DNA of 64,000 nt from Euglena gracilis (taxonomy: Eukaryota): NCBI GenBank assembly GCA_039621445.1, contig CP154954.1, forward strand, positions 5,681,919 through 5,745,918, in the 5' to 3' direction. Of the stretch, positions 1 through 12,400 are shown in pieces (position 1 is the first letter of the stretch; the number at the start of each line of letters is the position of its first letter). Position numbers and translations under genes: made by a program. The notes beneath the pieces were generated by a model that was given only the letters and a program-made list of their open reading frames with translations, did no database searches and had not been told where the DNA came from.

Positions 1-689
1 CTAACCATGTTCACACCCGGGCGCCCCCCCTGCGAGTGTCGGACCCGAGACCCCAGCCCCCCGGCCGGCTGCCTCGTCCCTGACACCCACCCTTAGGGCT
101 GCCGTTCCCTGGCCCGGGGCCAGTGTTTTTCCGGGTTGTGGAGGGCTCAGGCCACCCCCCGTTTCGCCCACTGGTGTACCCCCCGACCAGAGGGGTGTGC
201 GTAGGATTGAATTTGCTTTTTCCATGAAAACTTGCACAAAGTCAAAATTCCGTTCCTCGAAAATGTAGTCCCAAATTTCAGTCCCCACGTGGCCATTTCA
301 CCCACCCTTTCTTAAGTATGCAAAAACACTGGAAATGGTCAGGGTGGGTGTTTTGGTGCAATGGATGGTGGTAAAAGGCAACAGAAACACGCACACACCG
401 TGAAAGTGGGAAGAGGGACCTGAAATTGACAATTCTTGCAAACAATGTACCTTCTCTTGATTTCGATTCTCCAATTCGATTGTTGATTGATGCCAATGTC
501 AAAAACACCCACAAAGGTCTGCGGAAGCAAATTGTGTTAAATTTGAACCCCAAATTAGGCTTTTCCTATTGAGTGCGCGTTCTGAGCGGAATGAAAAATT
601 CCGTGTTTTCAAAAGCTTCCGCCTTACCATTTTTGACTGTCGGACGCCCCCGACAGTCGACACCAAGTGGCTGACGCTTTAGTACAGTT

Positions 690-1818
690 ATTTCGGTTTT
701 CCAAGGCCCAGACACGTAACTATGCTTTTAATTCCATGGTTTGGTGGTTTGAGATTCCACAACCTGTTGGCCCCATACAAGAGGCTTTGGAATCAAAATC
801 TGGAAAAATATGAAAACATGGTGCTTTTTGGGACCCCCTCCCCATCCTCCTGGGGATGGCCCAAGCCCCCTTCCCCTCTGATATATGCACGTTGCGCACA
901 CAGCTGGTTTTTTTGCTCCAGAATTCTCTGTTTATGTTGATCTTCTGATCTGGAGAGAATCAAACGAACAACCAGTGTGTTTGGCAGGGCGCCCTACATC
1001 AAAATTCAGCGTAAAGGCCAGAAATTCCGTAAATGGGAGAGGGTTGTTTCACTTCCAAAGTGCCCACAGATAAGTCCCTTTCATTTAATGATGGCTTGCG
1101 TGGCTGCAACCCGATTTAACGTAAAGCCTGGGGGTCCCCTTCTGGTTTCACTAAAACCCCCATTCAAAGCCATGAGTGCTGACACAATTGCTTCAATAAC
1201 TAAACATTTTTTATCCAACATGGGGTACCCCCCCAGCTGTGGGGGGCCCGCTCCACCAGAGGGGCAGGAGTTGGTTTACTCAAAAAATTGGGCCTTTCTG
1301 CCCAAGAAATTTGTGAAATTGGCCAGTGGAGAGGTGTGGAGGCTTTTACAGCCCATTATCAACGACTTGGTGCCCAGGGTGCCTTGGAGAATGCCCAGGC
1401 CGCCCTAATTTCAGTGCACAATCAGGCCTCGCAAGGGCAAAGTGCGGAGCCCGAGGTGTCTCGTACTCCCTCGAGGATAACCGACAAGGGAGGAAGGGAC
1501 CCCGAGGGCGAAGCACAAAGATCTTGTGAGCCCGAACGGAGTCGCTGCTCAGTGCCGCCTCGCCGGAGCTGGCTGATGATGTGGCTCCGACGTGGTGACG
1601 TGACTTCTTGCCCCTGGGGGGGTTTCCCCCCTCTGCCCCCCATTTTCTGACCGAGTGCTTTTGAAGACAAATACTTTCTTACAGGTGGGGGGGGCTAGCC
1701 CAACGCAGCAAACAGTCCACACAACACCGCCGGCGAGCAAGACATGGCCTCACAGGGCCTTTGTGCTTCGCCCTCGGTGTCCCTTCCTCCCTTGTCGGGT
1801 TTCCTCGAGGGAGCACGA
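690..1818 (+). mobile_element. 3' remnant of a DIRS1-like element (D0): frameshifted tyrosine recombinase, ICR and right terminus
   Basis: Peptides FGGLRFHNLLAPYKRLWN, WERVVSLPKCPQISPFHL and IGQWRGVEAFTAHYQRLG parallel the YR of D1/D2. The ICR-like segment at ~1425-1535 is complementary to the terminal segment ~1745-1818 (ending GGAGCACGA). Confidence 0.75.
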
Positions 1819-2314
1819 GGAAGGTTGGGACGGAAGAAAGCCCCAGGGGATGTGAAGCGCGTGTGGATGGGATCCTTTCCTAACCAGTGGGGTATCAGCA
1901 ATTTGGGTTTCCAATTCTGCTGCCCAAATGTAGGAGAGTGAAGGAATGCATTTGGAGGGGGGGGAGAGTGGCAGAAGTGTATTTGGCATATCCCCATGGA
2001 TTGGAAGGCGGTTTGAAAAAAGAACGATTTTCCCCCCATTGTTGGCAAGTGGTGTTCCTTTGATTTCTTTCCCACAGTGGGTTTCCCACTTACCATTGTT
2101 CTTTTTATCTATTGGCTGGGAGTTTGATTTTTTTTTATTGCGAGTTTGATTCATTGTCATCGGTCAAAGTCATTGTCATTGGTCAAGACAAGACAATCGA
2201 CAAAAAGGAAGTCGAGGTTTACCTAAGGTGAAGACCGAGCGTCACATCGAGCCTCTGGCCTTTCGTTTGTTTGTCTCCTCACCCCGACGTATTGTGTTTT
2301 TTCTAAAAAAAATT

Positions 2315-2766
2315 TGTACCAGGCAGCCGTAAGGCCATGGTACTGTGTATGTAGGTATAAGCCTACGGCCAGATATAGCTCTGGGCCGATACACAGTACT
2401 ATGCTAGGTGGTATTCCTAAGGATGGCCAACGGCCTGAATTAGGAATACCCAGCTCTACAGAGTAAAACCTTATTCTGGTTCTCCTCTCCACAGGTGGTA
2501 ATCTATTTTGGTATTTGTTTTATTCTTTACAAGACTTGATTTCAAGTTTGATTTGTTCTTCTGAAGTCCGGAAAGGACAGCCTAGTCACTTGGCATTTCT
2601 TTGTGTGGCCCATAGGGCTCCCTCGACTGCTTTGTGCTCTGCCTCTTAATTGGGGAAAAGGGCTTTACAACTTTTCGACGCTATATTTATTTCATTATTT
2701 TTCTGTTACTCCAACTTTTTACCTTTTCGGGCCAAAGGGCGAAAGCAAGGAAGTGTTGGACGTACA
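2315..2766 (+). repeat. 5' LTR of Gypsy family-A-related copy A0, followed by a tRNA-iMet-type PBS
   Basis: Termini TGTAC...GTACA; PBS TGGTAGCAG at 2769; shares blocks (CTCTCCACAGGTGGTA, GGCGAAAGC) with the LTR at 31999-32320. Confidence 0.7.
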
Positions 2767-2915
2767 CTTGGTAGCAGTTTAGGTTTTTCGATCCTTTTGA
2801 CCGCAAACGGCCGTGTGGTACCGGACAATATGTTGACAATATATGGACAATATGTTGGTTTCTTTTCCCGTTTCATCTATTCTTCTTTCGTTGCCAGTCT
2901 CTCGTACACGGGGCT

Positions 2916-4426
2916 ATGCGGGGGAGAAGGCGACGAGGCCGCACACCTGGTCCTCGTCGCGTTACGCCGTCTGAATCTCCTTCCGCCCTCTCCTTTGGCG
3001 AATGGGATTGCTCCCATGATCCTGTATATAGCACGATAGTGCGCGGACTGCGCAATGGCGAAGTTGTACATAATTTTCCCTCTCCCCTTTACGGTTGGTT
3101 TTCCGCGATGATGCGGGATATAAATATTGTATACCCCGTGACTGGGTGGATGATGCACTTTTGTGTTATCACAACCAAGGTCACCCTGGGGCCCACAAAC
3201 TTCTGTCTTTGGTGGGTCGCAGGTACTGTACAACCCTGAAATAAAAAGAATTGCATTCGCGCTGCTTGGAAATTTCGCAACGGTGCCAAATTTGTCAAGC
3301 GGTGAAACCGCGCAGGGGTACCCCCCCTGGTACGCTTGATTTTTTCCCCGTACCCCCTGACATTTTTACGTCCCTCTGCATGGTTGTTCTTGAATTAGAA
3401 CGTATCAAAGGATCAGACAGCAAAATTTACAATTATGTTTTTGTTGTCGTTTGCAGGCTAAGTGGTTACATAGTAGCCATTCCATGCCAAAATGCAGGGT
3501 TGACCGCACAAATTTTAGCGCAGATATTTATGGAGAAGTGTATATGCCTAGTGGGCTTACCGAATGTGATTGTCAGTGATCAAGATCATTTGATCTCTTC
3601 CCGATTCTTCTCAGCCGTGGTTTACTGGGAATCGAACAGCATTTTGCCATTATATATCGCCCGAAGGGCAATGGCCGCGCCGAGGCAGCAGTGAAGGCTG
3701 TTGTAAATAGGCTCCGCTTCTCACTGGCTGACTCGCGCCAGGCCTGGGTACAGGTTATGCCATCATCCCTATTTTATATAAACACCCTACCGGGTTTAGT
3801 TTTGCCACACTCCCCATATAAAATGTTTTTTGGGCGAGACACGCCGGCGATTGGTGATAAACCATCAGAGAGACCAGGTCGAAGTAGCGTAATCTGTGAG
3901 ACATGGTTATCTGAAGCGGAGTCTCTCAGAACTACTCTTCAGAAGCGTGTCACTGATATCCATTCTTGAAAGAGAAATAAATTTTTGCAAGAATTCAAAT
4001 CACCTGGCTATGGTGCTGGTGATCGCGTGTGGGTTCGAAATAGTCGAATCCGCATGCAATCTTCCAAGCTAGACCCCCTCTGGCTCGGACCCTGTGAAAT
4101 TCTCGAACGCGCTGGTAACAGTGGCCGCTATAGGGTGGCACTGCCCAACGGGATCGAGGATTTTTCACATGGAAGATTTGAAGCCATACCTTCCTCCGCC
4201 TAATGGCAAAGAACTACCGTGCCTTTATTTCAAGCCCCGTTCCAAGTTACCCGGAACGGATGATTTTGTGGTAGACAAAATTCTCGATCACAAAATTGAT
4301 CGGGGAGTCCATTATTGGAAGGTCAGGTGGAAAGGCTTTGGGCCGGAGGAGGACACCTGGGAGTCATCCTCCAGTTTTATTGGTTATGTCCGACAGGACT
4401 GGAAGCTGTGGAATAAAAAAAAATAA
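2916..4426 (+). pseudogene. Gypsy integrase plus chromodomain (copy A0; gag-PR-RT deleted between PBS and integrase), frameshifted
   Basis: CQICQ zinc-binding motif, IVSDQD core, DPLWLGPCEI (GPY/F-like), chromodomain FVVDKILDHK...YWKVRWKGFGPEEDTWE; homologous to 20230-21776. Confidence 0.9.
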
Positions 4427-4569
4427 CATAGGCATTTCTGTGAATAATTTATGAAATCGGCCTATAGGCCTTTTACTCCCCTCCCTGTGTTTTCTCCCAA
4501 CCTCGATTCATTTCTCTCTTCTTTTTGTACAGCTCATAAAGCTACTTTTTTTTTTCGGTCCCCGGAACA

Positions 4570-5740
4570 ATGCAAGACCCAGGGCGCGGCCCAGGCCCGC
4601 CCGCTATACAGTACGCTCTGCCTCTCTACACCCACACGCCTATGCGGCGGCCCCACCAGCCCAAGGGGCGTCCGCGTATGCAGTATATCAACCCACTCCT
4701 GCCGCTTTTGCGGCCCAGGCACAAGTGCCAAACCCCCCTCAAAAGGTTCAGGCACAAATGCCATACCCCCATCAGTCACATATGTCAGCAACCTCTCAGG
4801 AAAAAATGCCGCCCACCTCTCAGGCGCAACCGCCACATTCCGCTCTGGCGGCACCCGTGCCAATGGGAGCTGCACATGCGGCACAGCCTCAACAGGCATA
4901 TCAAGTTCCAATGGAACAACCACAACCTCAGCAGGTACAACAAGTTCCAATCGAACTACAACAGTATGCGAGGCAGTGACAGGCACCTCCAACGGAGCAG
5001 GCACATTATGCCATGCCTGGTCCCCCACCTCCCACACTGTATACACCACAGTATGTTATCTCTCAGCAACCCCAACCTCAAAGCGTACAGGGTGTCCCGC
5101 ACCTTGTACACACCGTACAGGCGATGCCCCATCCTGCTGCTCAACCCGTTCGGGAACCTGCGGCCAAGACGACAGTCAGCAGCAGTAGTATATCCGCTTA
5201 TGCGATCCCTGCGGCGCATGAGACGCCCCAGCCAGCACCAACGGTGCCATACCCTGCATTCACCACAGAATTGGTGAATCTCGCAGAGAAAACTCTGCGG
5301 ACTTCCTTGCGCGTTAGCGCACTCGAAAGAGCAGAACCCTCCTTACAAGTGATGTGGGATACCCACTGTCGTTAGGTTTTGGGCCTGGCCAATAGGCCTA
5401 TTGCACAATGGTGCTCCTGTGGCCAAACTCTGGTGACAGGAAAAGTGTACTTCATGCCTGGGGAAGGTCCCCCAGATATCAGCATGCACACACTGGGCAT
5501 CCAGGTACCGCCGATGCCGCGTATCCGTCATCACACAGGTGCATTCACCGAATACATGTGGGAGCATAGCCTACCAATGGAGGAAAGCGAGGCGGGAGAT
5601 ATTTCAGCACCAATAGTGCAGCGATCGCAATTTTTCGCGACCCCCAGTCTCCACCTCGTATGACAAGACCACCACCACCCGAATATCGGGAACCCCTAAC
5701 GCAATATGCGTATCAGCCAACGACACGAGTCATGGCCAGT
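4570..5740 (+). pseudogene. Extra ORF3 downstream of integrase in A0 (Pro/Gln-rich, with conserved QWCxCGQxLxTG motif), broken
   Basis: LQVMWDTHCR*VLGLANRPIAQWCSCGQTLVTGKVYF aligns with MQALWDAYCAQLLVVANMPVAQWCPCGQALMTGRRYF at 22194-22718. Confidence 0.6.
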
Positions 5741-6163
5741 TCCCCCCCCCCCAGGACCCCCCAGGACCCCACCCCCCCAGGACCCCCCAGGACCCCCACT
5801 GGACCCCCCAGGACCCCCCCAGGACCCCCCCAAGGACCCCCCAAGGACCCCCCCAGGACCCCCCCAGGACCCCCCAGGACCCACCGGGGGGCGGTACCCA
5901 GATGACCCACTGACCGTGGAGTTCCGAGCGCCTTCGGCGCCCGCTATCGGGGGGGGGCTCCCGCCCCCCCCCCGGACCCCCCCCGGGCTTCAAAATAACC
6001 TCATCTTGTGCTGCAAAAAATTTGCCAAAAAGTTGTGGGACCCCCCCAGGACCCCCCCGCGACCCCCCCACGACCCACCCAGGACCACCAAGACCCCCCA
6101 GGACCCCCCCAGGACCCCCCCCCCCCCCCCGGCCCCCCCCAAGACCCCCCCAGGGCCCCCCAG
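5741..6163. repeat. Low-complexity (CCCCCCAGGA)n tract
   Basis: Degenerate tandem GGACCCCCC(A) units; may be partly a consensus artefact. Confidence 0.8.
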
Positions 6164-6587
6164 TGTAAAAAGGGCTCTTGCCCTTTTGCTGGGGCTGGGC
6201 TTCTCAAAAAAATCTCCCTTTTTCTTCACAGTGTATTTCTTCATAAAATCTTATAACTTGTAACTTCCACTGCACGCAATCCCATTTGCACCAGACTTGG
6301 AGGTAAACATGGACAAAGTTGTACGCTGATTGCCTGCAAAGCAAACAACCAGAATTTTTTTACAAAAAAAGTGTGCCTGCGCGCGCTGACATTTGCGCCA
6401 GGCTTAATTGCAGAATGCGTAGGGACATGTCCAATGCCACACTCCCCTTCCCAAAAGGAGACCCAGTCTCCATACTTGACTCCCTTGGCCATTGGACTTG
6501 TCCTTCACAGGGGGGGGGGGGCATCTCGAAAGAGCCGAACTCTCCCAACCCCAACTTGGCGAACTCGGTGCCACCGAATCTCAAACA

Positions 6588-6905
6588 GGGGGGGGGGGCA
6601 TCAACTCGTGAGCCACTCTCCCTCACCTCTGTCTCACGGGTGGGGCATCAACTCGTGAGCCAACTCTCCCCACTTCTTTCTCAGGGGGGGTGGGGCATCA
6701 ACTCGTGAGCCATCTCTCCCCACCTCCCTTGCACAGGGGGGGGGGGCATCAACTCGTGAGCCAACTCTCCCCACCACTCTCTTGGACAGGGGGGGGCATC
6801 AACTCGTGAGCCAACTCTCCCCTCCACCCTTCTCCAAAGGGGGGGGGGGGCATCAACTCGTGAGCCAACTCTCCCATCCACCTTCAAAAAGGTCGGGTGG
6901 GGCAT
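6588..6905. repeat. Array of ~6 GGGGCATCAACTCGTGAGCCA(A)CTCTCCC units with short variable linkers
   Basis: Read directly; the same array is reverse-complemented at ~14335-14652. Confidence 0.9.
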
Positions 6906-7354
6906 CCCTCTGGAGCGAACTCCCCCCGCACCCACCCCCGAAAATCATTCACAACCATGATTCTCGCGTCTTCCCAAAATAAAAATTGCATTTTAATCAC
7001 GATTCTCGCAATTCTCTGTGAAATCAAATTCTAATTCGGATCCCTCTTCCACCCAAAGCTCGAGTTCTTCACCCGAACGCCGCCTTACCACCCAACTCTT
7101 CGCCGGGGGGGGGGGGGGCGACAGCAGAAAGCGAGGGCACACTCTGATGGGGTTCGGGGTTCGGTCTGCAGGTCCAGTCCACCATTATATCATAATTGCA
7201 CATGCCACACCGGGGCATCCCACCAGGGAGCCGGCACAGGCTGTGGACATGGCAGCAGCGTACATGCCACATCGGGGCATCCCACCAGGGAGCCAACACA
7301 GGCAGTGGACATTGCAGCCACGTACATGCCAGGCCAGGGCATCCTCCAGGAGCC

Positions 7355-8260
7355 TCACTGGCCCTGGACCCCTTTGGCCTGCAGCCGCCTTCGCCATCTC
7401 CTTCGGGACGACGGCGTCTTCCATCTGGCTGTCCCATCTTCCTCAATCTCCATCCACTCATCTCTCTCCTCTCGTCTCGTCCTCAAGTCCAGCTTCAGGG
7501 CCCAGTACCCGGTTGGGCTGTATAGCGGTCCAGAAAACCACTTCGGCTGATAGTAATACCGCTTTGTCACATGGGGCTGGAGGTCCTCCCACATCTTCCT
7601 CGTCTTCATCTCGTTGACGTTGGGGATCAGCATCGCCACGTCCAGCTGCCCGTACTGGAGGAGGTTGCCGGCCACGTCCGCATCTCGGAACAGCAGCAGC
7701 ACCAACTCCTCCGGCGACAGCACCAGGATGGGGATGTCCTTCTCCAGCTGCAGCATCAGCCTCACGTCGTTCTTCAGGGCTGTCGACACTTGTCCACCAG
7801 GGGCATCACCACCTCGGGCATCATGGACTCCACTGGCATGTCGGACTTGGTCATCTGCAGCATCCCCCTCAGCCCCATGCCACATCTGGGCATCTCTCTG
7901 GCCACCATGGCCACCACCACCATCACCATCCTCACCTGCATGCCACTCCTGGGAATGTCCACAATCACCATGGCCATCAGGTGCATCAGCACCATCCAAC
8001 TTCACCACTCGTCGATGGCGTGCACGGGAATGTGCATCAGCACCATGGCCCCCATGGCCATCTGTAGCATGGCCCCAATGGCCATCTGCGGCATGACCCC
8101 CATGGCCATCCGTGCCATGGCCCCAATGGCCATCTGCGGCATGGCCCCCATGGCCATTCCTGGCATGGCCCCCATGGCCATCTCTGGCATGCATAACACA
8201 GTCTGAGGTCTCCGGCGCAGCGCCACCTTGGCCACGTCCTTCTCCATGGGCAACACTCAT
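7355..8260 (-). CDS. TRIM-S cargo ORF of unknown function (~301 aa; His/Gly-rich 27-bp repeats, then a non-repetitive region)
   Basis: ATG at 8260 directly after the 5' LTR, in the sense orientation; repeats DGHGGHAA/DGHWGHAT; C-terminal part LMLQLEKDIPILVLSPEEL...KWFSGPLYSPTGYWALKLDL. Confidence 0.45.
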   Translation of the reverse strand: MSVAHGEGRGQGGAAPETSDCVMHARDGHGGHARNGHGGHAADGHWGHGTDGHGGHAADGHWGHATDGHGGHGADAHSRARHRRVVKLDGADAPDGHGDCGHSQEWHAGEDGDGGGGHGGQRDAQMWHGAEGDAADDQVRHASGVHDARGGDAPGGQVSTALKNDVRLMLQLEKDIPILVLSPEELVLLLFRDADVAGNLLQYGQLDVAMLIPNVNEMKTRKMWEDLQPHVTKRYYYQPKWFSGPLYSPTGYWALKLDLRTRREERDEWMEIEEDGTARWKTPSSRRRWRRRLQAKGVQGQ

Positions 8261-8548
8261 ACAACTTTGTGTAAAAAGGGCTCTTGCCCTTTTGCTGGGG
8301 CTGGGCTTCTCAAAAAAATCTCCCTTTTTCTTCACGGTGTATTTCTTCATAAAATCTTATAACTTGTAACTTCCACTGCACGCAATCCCATTTGCACCAG
8401 ACTTGGAGGTAAACATGGACAAAGTTGTACGCTGATTGCCTGCAAAGCAAACAACCAGAATTTTTTACAAAAAAAGTGTGCCTGCGCGCGCGCTGACATT
8501 TGCGCCAGGCTTAATTGCAGAATGCGTAGGGACATGTCCAATGCCACA

Positions 8549-9092
8549 ATGTGAGTCACTCCCGGTGTACAGGTTTGGCTCATTCCACGCACAAGCATGG
8601 AATGATGGGTTTCTTGAGGGATACTTGGCGGAATCGCCGTGTTTTCCGAAAATCGGTTCCCGTAATGGGAAATTCATCCGAAAACTGGGTTTGGGTTGTG
8701 GACAGGGCCAATGGTGGCACAATTCGCGGAATAGCGGATTGTGACACTCGGGACACGGGTGGTGGTGGTTCATGTGCACCCAGAGCCAGGTTATGGAAAC
8801 GCGAAACTGGAACATTTGGCGCATCATCGGCAATGCATACTGCCGTACTGCGGTGTGAAGCCCGCTGTTGGTTGGACACATTATACAAAACCCAGACACG
8901 TTTACGCACACTTTGCTCCAAATGCTCAACGAGTTGGAGTTGGCCGCAAATACGGTCAACTTCATCCTCCAAAGCGCGAATACGCTTGCGGTAACGGGAA
9001 AAGACATCCAAGTGCGTAATCCTTTCGGAAATTCCGGTAACATCTTGGACAAGTTTCCCGTGAGACTTATCCAATAATTGGAGTTGTCCCAT
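8549..9092 (-). pseudogene. Displaced (inverted) upstream gag segment of family-A copy A1
   Basis: Matches 29448-29985 of copy A2, where it is contiguous with the sequence found here at 15079 onward. Confidence 0.85.
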
Positions 9093-9446
9093 TGTGAGCC
9101 AGGGGTGCTGAGTGCCCAAAACAACATAACCTAACCCAACCCAACCTGATGACTCTGCAGTTAGGATTAGGAAAATCTTATTAGGAATTATCAATTAGCT
9201 GACCCCATTTGTCTGCACAGGGCTCTGTCTTGTTTTTGTCTGTTTCAACTTCAAGAATCGAATTATCTTGGTTATCAATTATCATTCTTACCTGGACAGT
9301 ACGTGGTTCATTACATTGGTGCTGGTTTTGGAATTGCTGAATTGCTTGTATTGTGCTGTTGGTCTTGTGGATTTTTTATCAAAGAAAAGGTGTGAGCCAC
9401 CCAACTCACCTGTTTTCACCAAAAAGACCCACCAAAACAAAAGAAA

Positions 9447-12400
9447 ATGCAATTTTTAAAACAAGCCGCGAGGGGAATTGAAAACACCCTGGGCAGGGTA
9501 AAAGATCCTACGCAACGGGGTGCCGGCCCCGAGGGACTGGAAACTCCAGGGCGGGCACCACGGTTACAACATGGTCGCAGAGGTAGACTGCCCAATTTTG
9601 ATTCCCCTCCAACATGCGGCTACGAACAACAAGCTGAAAAACGACCAGAAACTGAAAAAACTGACGCTGACGTGCCAGCTGCCGAAACCGCCATCGCTAG
9701 GGTGGTGGAGCCGGCGGAGGGCAACTCAGCCATGTACCAAACCCTGGATGTGCCAGCTGCCTTAACCGCCATCGCTAGGGTGGTGGAGCAGGCGGATGGT
9801 TTCCCAGCCACGAACCAAACAATGGAAATGCCAGCTGCCTTAACCGCCATCGCTAGGGTGGTGCAGCCGGCAAATGGCTTTGCCGCCATGTACCAATCAC
9901 TGGACAGCAACAGGTGGACTGAAACTGAACAAGACGGCACAGACATTACAGTGCCACGGACATGCAATGACAGCCCACGTGTCATTGCCATGGTGCACAT
10001 GGACCAGGACGACACCGAACAGACCGGTCCAGCACCAGATTACACAGAACTGGACGAAAACAACGAACCGTACTTCGACGAACAGGTGTTTGCACCACAA
10101 AACTGGTACCAACAGCCAGAAACGGACACTCAGAACGACCAAAACTGGCAAACTGCAACAGCACAGCAACCAGGAACCCAGAGTTTTGCACTGGTGGCGG
10201 TACGACAGAGCCCGGAACAACCAGACCGCCTCCAGGGTGAAACTGAAACTTCGTACCAGGAACCTTCGTACAGCTCGTACGAGATTCCACAGCCGGAACC
10301 ACAGAACCAGAACACTGACTGGGACTGGTGGTCGAACTTTGCGTACGAAACTGGACAGCTGACCCAGGAATTTCAACAGTTCAGACGCAAAACTGAACAG
10401 ACGAACCAACAAACGGCAGAAACTCTGCAGCAGCTGCAACAAACAACGACGGAATGGGTCAGCGAACTGCACGCAACAGTCAACAGACAGGGTGAAGCAC
10501 TCATGACAGAAATAAACGGCAGACACGAAGAACTGACGACAGTCCTGGCAACAACCCAAGCAAACATGGAACAGGTGACCGTCAACCAGAACAGGCTGTA
10601 CCAGGAACATTTTAACGGAATGTCACAGCAGATCACAGAAATCAGGGAAATGTCTGGCTCACTGGGTGAAAAGCTCAGGGAATTTCACAGTTTTCTACAG
10701 ATGGCAGGTGGAAACGCACAGAACCAGGGTGAACATCTGGTTGGTTTACTACACCGACAGCGAGAAAACGAAAAAACAACTGCAGAACTGCAACAAAGAT
10801 TGGCTGTGGCAGAAGAACGGGTCGCAGGAATCACAGGCGGAGTCCAAACGGTGAACAGCAAAGTGGACGAAACTGTGGCAACAGTGTCCAGAAAGGTTGA
10901 AAACCTCAGAGGCGAAATCAGCAGTGTGGTGGAAAAAATTCAGAAGGAAATGGGCAGTGAAATCCGAAATCTGACAGGACGGGTTCAGCAGCAGGAAACA
11001 AAAACGACAACAACCATTCAAAACTGTGATTACCTGCACAAAAAACTAGTCGAACTGCAGAAAATCCCAGATCAGCAGCAGCAGATTACACAGCTGAACG
11101 AGGAAATCGGCAGACTGAAACGACAGGTGGAAACTCTGACCTCCAACGAAGAAAAACAGAAACAACGCACTGAACGTCTGAACCTGGAGGTCGGCAACCT
11201 GGGTCACAGGGTGGACGAAACAGCCCAAACGACTCAAAAACTGCTGGGTGAACTACAAAAAGGGACAATTAAAACAGGAACACATGACACATCTGAACAT
11301 GCCAAATGGCTGGAAATGACATCTGCCATTGGCTCAGTGACAACCAGGGTCGGTCAACTGGAAGCAAAACTGGCTGGTCTGACAACAAAAACTGCAGAAC
11401 GGGAGACACATGACAACGGCATTTGGCAGCATTTACATTCTCTGACCACGGAACTGCAAACACAGCAGAAACGGTGGACAGAACAGCTGGTGACCCTGGA
11501 CAGAAAAATCAGTACTGTGACAAAAACGACTGAAAACCTGACTGAAAAACTGGAAAGGCAAAACACCCAGCAAATTACAACCCCCAGCCCTAGCCTGGCT
11601 GAAATACCCAAACTTTTTGAAAATCTTTGCATTTCCTCTCGCCCAGCCTGCACAGGGGCCTTCGGGCCAGAGTCAGGGGCCAGCCCAGCCCGCAGGAAAC
11701 CAAGGGACGGGGACCCCAGAACCCCAGGCCTGTCAAACGGGGACGGGGACCCCACAACCCCTGACAGGTATGTTCAGACAGAGCAGCCAGCAGTGGGGGG
11801 ACAAAACACCACACCCAAAAATGGAAGGAGGAGCTGCAGCACTGGGGACCGTTAACTCGGCTTCCCTGGTGGGGCAGCTCATCCAGCAAGAACTAAAAAC
11901 TGCCTTGACACCGTTAATTGCCCAACTGACTCGACAAACAGAACAACGACCGACTGCAGTCACGACCAGCCCAGCTCTTTCGACAAACCCGACAAGCCCA
12001 GCACCACAGCCAACCCAGCCGACTCAACAGATTTCACAGCCAGTGACGACGCAACAAAACCCACAGTCCCGGACTCGGGGCTTGTTCATGCGGGCAGACG
12101 AAACCGAAACTCAGAACACAGCCACAACAACCTGGGTGGGACCCCAGATGGGGTCTACCCAAACTGCCATCCACCACATAGGAGAGGAAACAGTGGTGGC
12201 ACCCGTGGCAACGGCCCCGGCAGCATCCTTCGGGCTGCTGCTGGGTCCAGTGGGCGCGGCAATGACAAAAGACCTGGTAAGACCAACACTGCAGGGGAAT
12301 TTCGCAGATTTTGCCGTGAAATTTCCGATGTACCTGCAGCGTGTGTCAGCCGGTCAGGGGTCCCTGACCGATGACCTGAAACTGTCACTGCTGGAGGGCA

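Larger units (their letters stand above)
6164..8548 (-). mobile_element. Non-autonomous LTR element (TRIM-S copy 1) with cargo ORF
   Basis: Near-identical ~278-bp LTRs at 6164-6441 and 8270-8548 (minus strand TGTGGC...TTTACA); PPT GGGAAGGGGAG next to the 3' LTR; no gag/pol. Confidence 0.9.

Noticed and set aside
5660-6263. Pro/Gly-rich ORFs
   Set aside because: They arise from a low-complexity C-run tract.
6588-6905. CRISPR array
   Set aside because: Linkers are short, similar to one another and variable in length; there are no cas genes; the array lies inside a eukaryotic LTR element.
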